A stretch of 64,000 nt of DNA from Epithemia pelagica (taxonomy: Eukaryota; Protista; Bacillariophyta), in the NCBI GenBank assembly GCA_946965045.2, contig OX337235.1, positions 3,348,001 to 3,412,000 of the forward strand. Reading direction: 5' to 3'. Numbering within the stretch: position 1 is the stretch's first letter; each line of letters opens with the position of its first letter. The translations under genes were made by a program, and so were the position numbers. Below, in pieces: positions 1 through 8,456 of the stretch. The notes under the pieces are model-generated. The model worked only from the letters and a program-made list of their open reading frames with translations, did no database searches and was not told the DNA's origin.

Positions 1-23
1 AACTTGCCGAAAGAAGTTGAATG

Positions 24-431
24 TCAAATGCGCGAACAAGGGTTCTTATATCTCTTGTTTGATGATGAGACAGTTTCACAGCCATGGTTGAGCTGCTGGT
101 AATGATCTGGAACTTGGTGGGCTTGTGGTCTGGAATATTGGCTTGTGACCCGGGCTATTATTTGAATCCTTGAGCGAGCAACATATGCACGAGCAATCTT
201 CAGGGTTTCAGCCATGCAAGTCTCCGCTTCAGGGTCGAGGAGCTGTTGAAAAGGCTCTGGATACGGTGTCAGCATCATTGTCTTTGGTTCTCCTTTGTCT
301 GGGCCCAGCGTACAATACCTCCACCAGGAAGTCGTTGCCAGAGTTCTTCCGTCACAAAGGTCGTCATGAGATAAGGCAATTGAAGACCACTTTCTTGCTC
401 CATGCACAGTGTTGTTTGTGTAGCCCGTCAT
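24..431 (-). pseudogene. Degraded ORF remnant 'X' of unknown function (also at 21010-21417, 36657-37064, 53743-54111)
   Basis: The frame continues past its stop into a protein-like stretch (GTIVLDEELTVLLDLEDILELQ, seen in the copy near 20.9 kb). A diverged homolog in the same frame, with stops, lies at 58757-59460. No family recognised. Confidence 0.35.
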
Positions 432-709
432 GCCTTTTCGTTGTCATTGTATAGAATGGGCTTGGCTAGTCCCATATAATATGTGTTGCTTGAATCATCC
501 ATCCTATGCAAATAGGCTGCTTGTTATGAAAAAGGAGCTTTTCTCGAGTACTACTCACAGACTACTGGGCCAATTCACATGTAGTTAGATATATTATGGG
601 TCATGCTGTCATAAATGGGTTGGATTCCCTCCGTCTTCTATATCTCAATTGTTCACGTTGCGCGCACATTCCGATACAGCATCAAGTCACAGACACAATC
701 ATAGTGGAC

Positions 710-1378
710 TTATCCCTCTTCTGGTAGAGGTGGTGCACACTCCTCAAATGCAATTTCGGTTTCCGCGTATTCGCCATCGACAGTACTGTAGTTACCAGCT
801 TCGTTCAGCGAGATGTCGACGTTCGGTGGTACAAAAGTGATTGTTGCAGTACAGGATGCAAGGTACTCTGCGGAAACAAGGTGGAAGTAATCGTTTTCCC
901 AAAAGTTTTGGAGGAGAAACCAAACCTTTGGCTTTCCTGGATCTTCTGTTTCAACCTTACGCACCCCAAGCAGCACCATTGAGTGGAGAACACGCTGTTT
1001 CCCTTTCGATTCTCCAAAGGCACGAAACTCAGCTTCGTCCACTTCTCTGTCATGTACCACCTCCCTTTCGAAATTGGCCTCGATTGCAAATTGTTGAACC
1101 AATGCTGGTTCTTGGGAATGCTCGAACAGTCGGATCACATTTTGAACGCCGCAATAAAAGAAACATTCACCCAGTGACTTTTTGCAAATTGGTGCCGGCA
1201 AAAGCTGATGAGTGGAGGAAAGGCCAGTAATAGTTTTAAAGAACTCTTCCGATCCGAGTCCACAAGCTCCCGTTTCAATGTACTTCTTCTTCTTGGCAGG
1301 CTCCAAATTCTCGCGGATGAATTGCGATATGTCTAGCATCCGGTGATTTGTTGTTTCTTGATCGGCACTTCGAAGGCA
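710..1378 (-). pseudogene. Papain-like cysteine peptidase copy 1, 5'-truncated
   Basis: Matches 21696-22364. A 551-bp deletion (equivalent to 22365-22915, junction cgaaggca|acactgaag) removes the ATG and the QRSGICC catalytic-Cys motif. Confidence 0.88.
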
Positions 1379-1778
1379 ACACTGAAGTAAAATGAATGAA
1401 CGAACGAACAAACAAAGACCGAATGAACAAATGAATGAATGTGATGGCTCTGCGTGAACTGCAAGGACACGTTTCTATTCTCGACTCTCTCGTAGAAATA
1501 AACAAATGTCCACGGGATTACGCTGCTCGCATTCCTCTGTTTTGTGTGTTGCGTGGATCTTCCCAAAACTTGGAGCGCACAGGTGTGACAGGTGACAGGT
1601 GGCCCGGTGTGCGCTGAGCAATATTTTTGGACTATCATGTGTTTAGTCGGGTTTCGTTTTTGGGTTTCGTTTTCGCCATCGCTGGGCTCAGATCCTCATT
1701 GTCCCGTCTATTCTTTACTCAGTCGCGGTTTCCTGCTACTCTCTTCACCCTTCTCATCAAGGGGTAAGTTTTCTATTA

Positions 1779-1932
1779 TTGAAGTAAGAAAGCTAGAGTG
1801 TGTAAATGAGCGACCGCATTGGAATCCGGATTGATGACCATGGCGGCTCGGTGGCCATGCAATTGTGCCCTACACCCTCCACCATAAATCTTTTTTGGAG
1901 ATGGGAGGAATCTTCTCTCATTCGCTTGTACT
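1779..1932 (+). promoter_or_regulatory. Captured upstream fragment of the ABHD18-like gene (copy 1)
   Basis: Diverged reverse complement of 62789-62980, fused directly to SLC26 coding sequence. Confidence 0.7.
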
Positions 1933-2214
1933 TTTCGATCATGCCGTCTTTCGTCCGTACACCAATCCCTTTGCCAAATTGGTATTGTGGTCCAGTTTGG
2001 TCCATCAAGCTGGATTCCTATGCTGTTCCAGTTTGAGTGGCTTTGCCATTGGGACGGTCCAAGATGCCGGATTGGTCTTTTTGTCGCGCATAAGTCATGA
2101 CATTGCACCCCGCTTGTCACCTTGCGCGATTGGGTGAGGCAAGTGTTGCTTTGGGACGTCCTCTCGATACCAATCGCGAATTGCGGACCGTCGGAATTTC
2201 CAATGGTACATACT

Positions 2215-2452
2215 TGCGAGTATAGCTAGGGTAGCAAGCTTATACTCGGCAACAAGACTCATCAATCACGAATGATGAGCGACGTAAATGTGAACGAGTG
2301 GATGGAATGACTCATCCAAAAGATATTGAAGAAAAGATCCAAGTGAATTTAGTGAGAATTTAGGACTAACATAATAGTGATTATCAGAATAAGTATCCTT
2401 TTTACGGATTGCTCAATGGGAAAGAGACCGCCGTTCTTTTCCACTACTCGCA
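2215..2452 (+). repeat. 5' LTR (238 bp)
   Basis: Runs TGCGAGTA...TACTCGCA (8-bp terminal inverted repeat) and matches 8219-8456. Confidence 0.97.
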
Positions 2453-2464
2453 GGTTCTGAGCCC
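2453..2464 (+). promoter_or_regulatory. Primer-binding site GGTTCTGAGCCC (half-tRNAiMet type)
   Basis: Abuts the LTR end and matches the Ty5-type PBS GGTTATGAGCCC at 11/12 positions. Confidence 0.7.
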
Positions 2465-2554
2465 AAGTATTACGCTGTAGAAGGTTTCCCAAGGTCGTAC
2501 GGTGCCAAGGGAGTGAGTGCTCTGGCGAGATAGGACAGAGAGAAGGTGAGAACA

Positions 2555-4297
2555 ATGGCGCGAGCAGAAGACTCGGCAAATGTTTCACCCGCTTCAGGAG
2601 CAGCACCGGCTAACACGGGAGACGATGAGGACTATCAAGACGCCTCAGCGGAAGACCAGACTGGAACCGACAATCGAGAATCCGACTTTGGATTCCGAAC
2701 ACTCGACGAAACGCTTCAGGGTCTTAATGAGAGAAGACAGAGAAGAACAAGCGATGAAAACAACTCGGATAAGAGTTCAAAGAGCGATGACTACCCGTTA
2801 GATACAGATACCCGATTCATGGTTGGGGGACTGGCAATTGAACTGGTGGAACCAGGTTCAAGGGGATATGGTGTCGCAGATCAAGGACCTTTATATCGGA
2901 AAGAAAACAGGGAGAAGATGTCCTCGGAGAAGAAACAAGATCTCTTCAAGGAAGCCGTGAAGACATCGCAAACAAAATATACTTTCACGAGTATGAGTTT
3001 GACCGATGAAAAGAAGTTGGATGAGTGTTATAACACTGCCATCATGATTTCCAAGACCAAGGACACGCACATGGTTTATGATATGCATGACGTGTTCACG
3101 ATTGTGTTTCCCAAGTTGAAAGGATCCCGGAGTATCGAATCTCGTACTGTAGATCTATATTTAAATTATGAGGAAGTTACTCCTGATGAAGTTGCAGCAA
3201 GTTGTGAATGGTATCGCCGCTGGACCAAGAAGGATTGGTACCGGGAGAATTTGGTACTAACCTACAAGCATCTGGAAAATAACATGACTCAAAGTCTGTT
3301 TGAAAAATGCTACGAGCAGTTTGAGACTTACCCTACCATTCAACAAGGGGGTCCTCTGCTCTTCGTCATTATGATGAACATCCTGGTTTCAAGTTCGGAA
3401 GCCGCTATTGATCACTTGAAAGATTTGGTTAAGAATTTGAAGATTAATGAGTTTCAGGGTGAAAATGTTCTTCGTGTTGTAAGTTTGATCCGTGGTGCAC
3501 ACAAGCGCTTGAAATGGGTCAAGAAAGTTCCAGAGCGCTTTAATCAGCAGGTGCTAAAAGTCATGCAAACTTCATCCGTTGGCAAATTTAACTCTTACTT
3601 CCGCTATATCGAGCAAACTTACACAATGGCACGGGACATTGGGAAACTTCAAGGGGATCCTGATGACACTGGTGGTTTGGAAGTTGATGTTCTACTTCGC
3701 TTAGCCGAAACTAAGTATAATGAATTATGCAGCAGCAATGACTGGCACGGTTCTAAAACGAAAGGAAAGAACTCTGTGTTCAATGCCCAAGAAGATGCCA
3801 AGAAAGCTGCCAATACTGCCTCTTCTGGCAATGGCAAGCCCCAACCAATTTGTTGGAATTGTGGAAAGCCGGGACATACGGCACCGAAGTGCACGGAACC
3901 CCGCAACGAACAGAAGATTGCTGCGAACAAAGAGAAGTTTGGTTCGAAAAAGGCAGCCAATGGGACGAGTTCCTCAAATTCTGGAGCAGGTGGTGCATCC
4001 GGAAAATGGGCGCCTCCAAAGTCGGACGAACGAAATCGACGCGTAATTGATGGAAAACATATGTTTTACAACCATCGCACGCGTCGCTGGGTTCCGGATC
4101 GGACGCATTCTTCAAACCAAGATGCGAGTGCTCATGCCGCGCGAGCCGACAACGCCAGCACGACCAGCACGCTCACTGGAGCGACTGGTACTGTGGCTGG
4201 TTCTACTGTCAATCGCGCTGAGCTCGATGCTGCAGTCGCAAACGTGGCACGCTCCGTCGATCAGTCGCTCCGCAGTCTCGTGGAGCATTTCTCCTGA
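2555..4297 (+). CDS. gag: Copia Gag (580 aa) with CCHC zinc knuckle
   Basis: First ATG is at 2555. CWNCGKPGHTAPKC fits CX2CX4HX4C. The TGA stop at 4295-4297 overlaps the pol ATG. Confidence 0.92.
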   Translation: MARAEDSANVSPASGAAPANTGDDEDYQDASAEDQTGTDNRESDFGFRTLDETLQGLNERRQRRTSDENNSDKSSKSDDYPLDTDTRFMVGGLAIELVEPGSRGYGVADQGPLYRKENREKMSSEKKQDLFKEAVKTSQTKYTFTSMSLTDEKKLDECYNTAIMISKTKDTHMVYDMHDVFTIVFPKLKGSRSIESRTVDLYLNYEEVTPDEVAASCEWYRRWTKKDWYRENLVLTYKHLENNMTQSLFEKCYEQFETYPTIQQGGPLLFVIMMNILVSSSEAAIDHLKDLVKNLKINEFQGENVLRVVSLIRGAHKRLKWVKKVPERFNQQVLKVMQTSSVGKFNSYFRYIEQTYTMARDIGKLQGDPDDTGGLEVDVLLRLAETKYNELCSSNDWHGSKTKGKNSVFNAQEDAKKAANTASSGNGKPQPICWNCGKPGHTAPKCTEPRNEQKIAANKEKFGSKKAANGTSSSNSGAGGASGKWAPPKSDERNRRVIDGKHMFYNHRTRRWVPDRTHSSNQDASAHAARADNASTTSTLTGATGTVAGSTVNRAELDAAVANVARSVDQSLRSLVEHFS

Positions 4298-7200
4298 TGG
4301 GGTGGCCACTGGGTGGCGTCTTTGGACGGTCCATCTGGTGTAGGCCGCCCCTATCATCGCTATGGTCCCAGGAGGGAAACCTGGGTGACCTCTATCTTCT
4401 CATCCTTACTCGACTGTGCGCTCATGAGGGGGATGGGAGACCTATTTTGGCTTTCTCTACCGTGGTTATTCCTACTGTATCTCGCCTTGTTCATAGGCCT
4501 TTGTTGTGCCATGAGCTTAATCTTCCCTTTATGCTCACAGGGAATGTGAATCACATGGGACTTACCTTCGAAGATGCAACGATGCTGGGTGATGGATATT
4601 CCGTCAAGTCGGCCTTGTCCACGGCAAATCACAGTGGCTTGATGAATGTGGCCGACGAGACTAACCAGAACTTGACGGCATCGCAAAAGGAGCTCTTGCT
4701 GTGGCACTGGAAGCTTGGCCATGCCAACATGCAATGGATTCAGACGCTCTGTCGAGATCCAAAAGCAAACAGTCGACGGTTAGTGTTGGAGACAAAAGAA
4801 GCAAAGACAACAAGTTGCGTCATACCTTTATGCGCCGCTTGTATGCTCGGGAAGCAACATCGCCGGACGCCTCATTCGAATCACGGTGGATTGGTGGATG
4901 GGAAAGACAGTATGCTCAAGAGGGAGCACCTTCAACCAGGAGATTGCGTTTCGATTGATCAATACGAATCCACGATTCGTGGCCGTCTTCCTCACACGTA
5001 TGGCAAAGAGAGGACCGAAGAACAGTATAGAGGGGGAACTCTGTTTGTCGATCATGCCTCTGGCATGATCTTCTTGGCAAACCAAGTGTCCCTTCGCGTT
5101 GGTGAGACGATCAGTTCGAAGAAGAAGTTTGAGCGGTTCGCGGATGAATACGGTGTCAAGATACGAGAGTACCGCGCCGATAATGCTCCGTTTGGCCGAG
5201 AAGAATTTCTGAACCATGTACACGGAAATGGTCAACGTATCAGCTTCTCAGGCGTTGGGGCACATCACCAGAATGGAGTCGCGGAAAGGGCAGTAAAGAC
5301 CACGATGTCTTGGGCCCGTACTATGTTACTACACGCGACCATTCACTGGCCCGAGCAAATGCACTTGCACCTTTGGCCCTTTGCCGTTGAGCACGCCGTC
5401 TGGCTATGGAACCACCTTCCGAATCGCCGGACGAACATCGCTCCACTCGAAATCTTCTCTGGCATCACATTCTCCGATTTTCACCACCTTCAGCGGAGTC
5501 ACGTATGGGGATGTCCTGTGTATGTCCTGGACCCCAAGCTTCAAGACGGCAAGAAGTTGCCTAAATGGCAAGCCAAGGCACGACGTGGTCAGTTTCTTGG
5601 GATCTCGCCCGACCATTCTACTACTGTTGGTCGCATACTCAATCTTCGTTCGGGATTCATCAGCTCACAATATCATGTGGTCTACGATGATTTATTTTCT
5701 ACGGTCCCTAATGCCGATTCTGGCGGACTCTTAGATGAGCCAAATTTGAACGGTGACTTTTGGCAACGCCTGCTAGCGGCAGGCACTGAATCTAACCTGC
5801 CTGACGAGGATGATGATGATGGTAATTTGGAGCTTGGAGACGAGTGGATGACCGATTCCGAGATTGCGGAACGGCATGCCCGACGTCAGTCACGTCCTCC
5901 TCGTCCCTTGCCCACTCCTCCTTTACCCATTGTTCCTGTTCCAACGTCTGTTGACGGGGGGAGAGGCAGAGGCCGCGCCACAAGGAACCATGTCCGATTC
6001 CAACCTCCACTGGAACAGCCAACAGAGCGAGGGCAAGAACCAGAACCACCTGCAGAACCCGGTGAATTGCCAAGTCAAGATCAAACAGGTGGATTGTTGC
6101 CTCCAGAGGGAGCTTCAAATGGTAAATTGTTGCCTCCAGAGGGAGAAGCCGACGAAGCAGAACATGAGATCGTTTTCGAAGACGACTCCGACGATGACAG
6201 CACGACAAGACAAGAAGAGATTGAACGCCGTAATAGGCATTTTGCCGAACCCGATCAAGAATCACATGGGAGAGGCAAAAGAGAACGTCGTCCCAATCGT
6301 CACTTGTTCGATGAGCGATTGTGGGCATCGACTGCTTACTTTCCTCGTGGGTCAACAAGGCCAAAGCAAAAAGTGAGACGAGAGCTGTTAAATGCACAGT
6401 TCCTCCAATCCCTTACCTGGGACACTCTGACCAGCGCAATCGCGTCCAAATCCAAAGACCTATTGGCAATGGACCTGTGGCTGGATCGTCATACGGATCC
6501 GGACACACGCTGGATTGAAGAGATGCATCCTATGGCATTGGCAACCAAGGCCGATGCTGCAGACAATCCCTCATGGGAACAAGCCATGAACGGTCCCGAT
6601 AAAGACGGGTACTGGGAGGCTTGCAAGAAAGAATACAACACGCTTCATGAGAAGATGAAAGCATGGGAAGTCGTGGCAAGAGAGACATGGATGAATGTCT
6701 TACCTGGCACATGGGCGTTCAAGTGCAAACGGTATCCCGATGGATCCGTACGCAAATTGAAAGCACGGTTTTGTGCACGGGGGGACAAACAAGTTGAAGG
6801 CGTCGATTTCTTCGACACGTTTGCACCCGTTGTGAATTGGACGACTGTGCGCCTGATGATGATTCTTTCCATCATTTTGAATCTGTCCACGGTACAAGTG
6901 GATTACACGGCAGCATTTGTACATGCGCCGATTGACAAGGATCCCAATTGGGATAAGATGACAGAAGCAGAACAAAAGAAAAGTGGCGTGTATGTTGAGA
7001 TGCCGAGAGGGTTTGCGCAACCAGGGAAAGTCTTGAAACTTACACGATCGTTGTATGGCCTAAAGCAGGCGCCACGCAACTTCTTCCTTCATCTGAAAAG
7101 CAAATTGGAACAAGTCGGACTCAAGTCGCAGGAACACATCGATCCGTGCCTGTTTATGTCCGACAAAATCATCGTGCTGGTCTATGTGGACGACACATTG

Positions 7201-8193
7201 ATTTACAGCCCCAAACGCGAGTGGATTGATGAGTTTCTTGGAAAACTCCAGAATCAACAAAACGTGACACTCGAGATCGAAGACAGTGTAGCCGGATTTC
7301 TCGGCGTACACATTGAACGCAACGATAGTGATGGTACTATCACGTTGACGCAGAAGGGCCTTATCAAGCGAATTGTAGAGGCTCTCCAACTTGGAGACAA
7401 ACCCATGAAAAGGACACCAGCATCGAAGGATCCTCTGGTGGCAAACAAAAATGGGACTCCAGCACAGTGCAAATTCAGCTATCCAAGCGTTATTGGAATG
7501 CTGCAATACTTGCAAGCACATTCAAGACCCGACATCACATATGCCGTCAGTCAATGTGCACGATACACCCATGATCCTAAGACAACACACGAAGAAGCGT
7601 TAGAGAGGATTGGGCAATATCTGAAAGGAACAATGGAGAAAGGGCTCATTCTCCGTCCAACTTACGACAATCTCAACGTTGATTGTTACGTTGATGCAGA
7701 CTTCGCGGGTCTGTGGCCACATGAGGATAAGATGGATCCGTCATGTGTCAAGAGCCGAACTGGGTTTGCCATCTGCATCGCAAACTGTCCAGTTATTTGG
7801 CAAAGCAAGTTGCAATCGGATATTGCAACATCAACAATGGAGGCGGAATACACAGCGCTCAGTGTGGCGATGAAATCTGTGTTGCCTCTTTTGGATCTTT
7901 TGAAAACTGTGGCACGAGGTGTCGGCATGACAGAAGATCAGAGAACGAAATTCAAGACCACAGTGTGGGAAGATAACAATGGTGCCCTGACGCTCGCGAA
8001 TATGGAGCCGGGCAGGTTTACACCAAGATCAAAGTTCTATGCGATACGAATGCACTGGTTTCGATCGCACTTAAAGCCAAATCGAGTCACGGTTGAAAAG
8101 ATCGAGACATCGAAACAACGGGCAGACATCATGACAAAGGGTCTGACGAAAGATACATTTGAAACAATTCGGAAGCTACTGTGTGGATGGTAG
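4297..8193 (+). CDS. pol: Copia Pol (1298 aa): pre-integrase Zn finger, DDE integrase, RT, RNase H; no protease motif found
   Basis: Motifs: WHWKLGH...CAAC; SIDQY/ADNAP/GVAERA; KARFCARG, SLYGLKQAP, VYVDD; YVDADFAG, STMEAEY, WEDNNG, RADIMTK. Confidence 0.96.
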   Translation: MGWPLGGVFGRSIWCRPPLSSLWSQEGNLGDLYLLILTRLCAHEGDGRPILAFSTVVIPTVSRLVHRPLLCHELNLPFMLTGNVNHMGLTFEDATMLGDGYSVKSALSTANHSGLMNVADETNQNLTASQKELLLWHWKLGHANMQWIQTLCRDPKANSRRLVLETKEAKTTSCVIPLCAACMLGKQHRRTPHSNHGGLVDGKDSMLKREHLQPGDCVSIDQYESTIRGRLPHTYGKERTEEQYRGGTLFVDHASGMIFLANQVSLRVGETISSKKKFERFADEYGVKIREYRADNAPFGREEFLNHVHGNGQRISFSGVGAHHQNGVAERAVKTTMSWARTMLLHATIHWPEQMHLHLWPFAVEHAVWLWNHLPNRRTNIAPLEIFSGITFSDFHHLQRSHVWGCPVYVLDPKLQDGKKLPKWQAKARRGQFLGISPDHSTTVGRILNLRSGFISSQYHVVYDDLFSTVPNADSGGLLDEPNLNGDFWQRLLAAGTESNLPDEDDDDGNLELGDEWMTDSEIAERHARRQSRPPRPLPTPPLPIVPVPTSVDGGRGRGRATRNHVRFQPPLEQPTERGQEPEPPAEPGELPSQDQTGGLLPPEGASNGKLLPPEGEADEAEHEIVFEDDSDDDSTTRQEEIERRNRHFAEPDQESHGRGKRERRPNRHLFDERLWASTAYFPRGSTRPKQKVRRELLNAQFLQSLTWDTLTSAIASKSKDLLAMDLWLDRHTDPDTRWIEEMHPMALATKADAADNPSWEQAMNGPDKDGYWEACKKEYNTLHEKMKAWEVVARETWMNVLPGTWAFKCKRYPDGSVRKLKARFCARGDKQVEGVDFFDTFAPVVNWTTVRLMMILSIILNLSTVQVDYTAAFVHAPIDKDPNWDKMTEAEQKKSGVYVEMPRGFAQPGKVLKLTRSLYGLKQAPRNFFLHLKSKLEQVGLKSQEHIDPCLFMSDKIIVLVYVDDTLIYSPKREWIDEFLGKLQNQQNVTLEIEDSVAGFLGVHIERNDSDGTITLTQKGLIKRIVEALQLGDKPMKRTPASKDPLVANKNGTPAQCKFSYPSVIGMLQYLQAHSRPDITYAVSQCARYTHDPKTTHEEALERIGQYLKGTMEKGLILRPTYDNLNVDCYVDADFAGLWPHEDKMDPSCVKSRTGFAICIANCPVIWQSKLQSDIATSTMEAEYTALSVAMKSVLPLLDLLKTVARGVGMTEDQRTKFKTTVWEDNNGALTLANMEPGRFTPRSKFYAIRMHWFRSHLKPNRVTVEKIETSKQRADIMTKGLTKDTFETIRKLLCGW

Positions 8194-8209
8194 CCGAGAT
8201 ATTGCGCTT

Positions 8210-8218
8210 GAGAGGGAG
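8210..8218 (+). promoter_or_regulatory. Polypurine tract GAGAGGGAG
   Basis: Lies immediately 5' of the TG of the 3' LTR. Confidence 0.85.
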
Positions 8219-8456
8219 TGCGAGTATAGCTAGGGTAGCAAGCTTATACTCGGCAACAAGACTCATCAATCACGAATGATGAGCGACGTAAATGTGAACG
8301 AGTGGATGGAATGACTCATCCAAAAGATATTGAAGAAAAGATCCAAGTGAATTTAGTGAGAATTTAGGACTAACATAATAGTGATTATCAGAATAAGTAT
8401 CCTTTTTACGGATTGCTCAATGGGAAAGAGACCGCCGTTCTTTTCCACTACTCGCA
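8219..8456 (+). repeat. 3' LTR (238 bp)
   Basis: Identical to the 5' LTR by eye. Confidence 0.97.

Larger units (their letters stand above)
2215..8456 (+). mobile_element. Ty1/Copia LTR retrotransposon, 6,242 bp (diatom CoDi-like), very recent insertion
   Basis: TG...CA LTRs of 238 bp, identical by eye, plus PBS, PPT, gag, and pol in INT-RT-RH order. The 5-bp TSD is ATACT/GTACT, and the empty site ggtacGTACTcgtac is present in other copies (about 23742-23756). Confidence 0.98.

Noticed and set aside
1388-1442. (GAAT/GAAC/AAAC)n run upstream of the peptidase as a CRISPR-like or telomeric repeat
   Set aside because: It is a degenerate tetranucleotide microsatellite with no spacers. No CRISPR, rRNA or tRNA gene was recognisable anywhere in the window.
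4313-4549. Hydrophobic ORF as a retroviral env gene
   Set aside because: It is only about 80 codons and lies between gag and pol rather than after pol, with no ectodomain. It is reported instead as a possible Gag readthrough extension.
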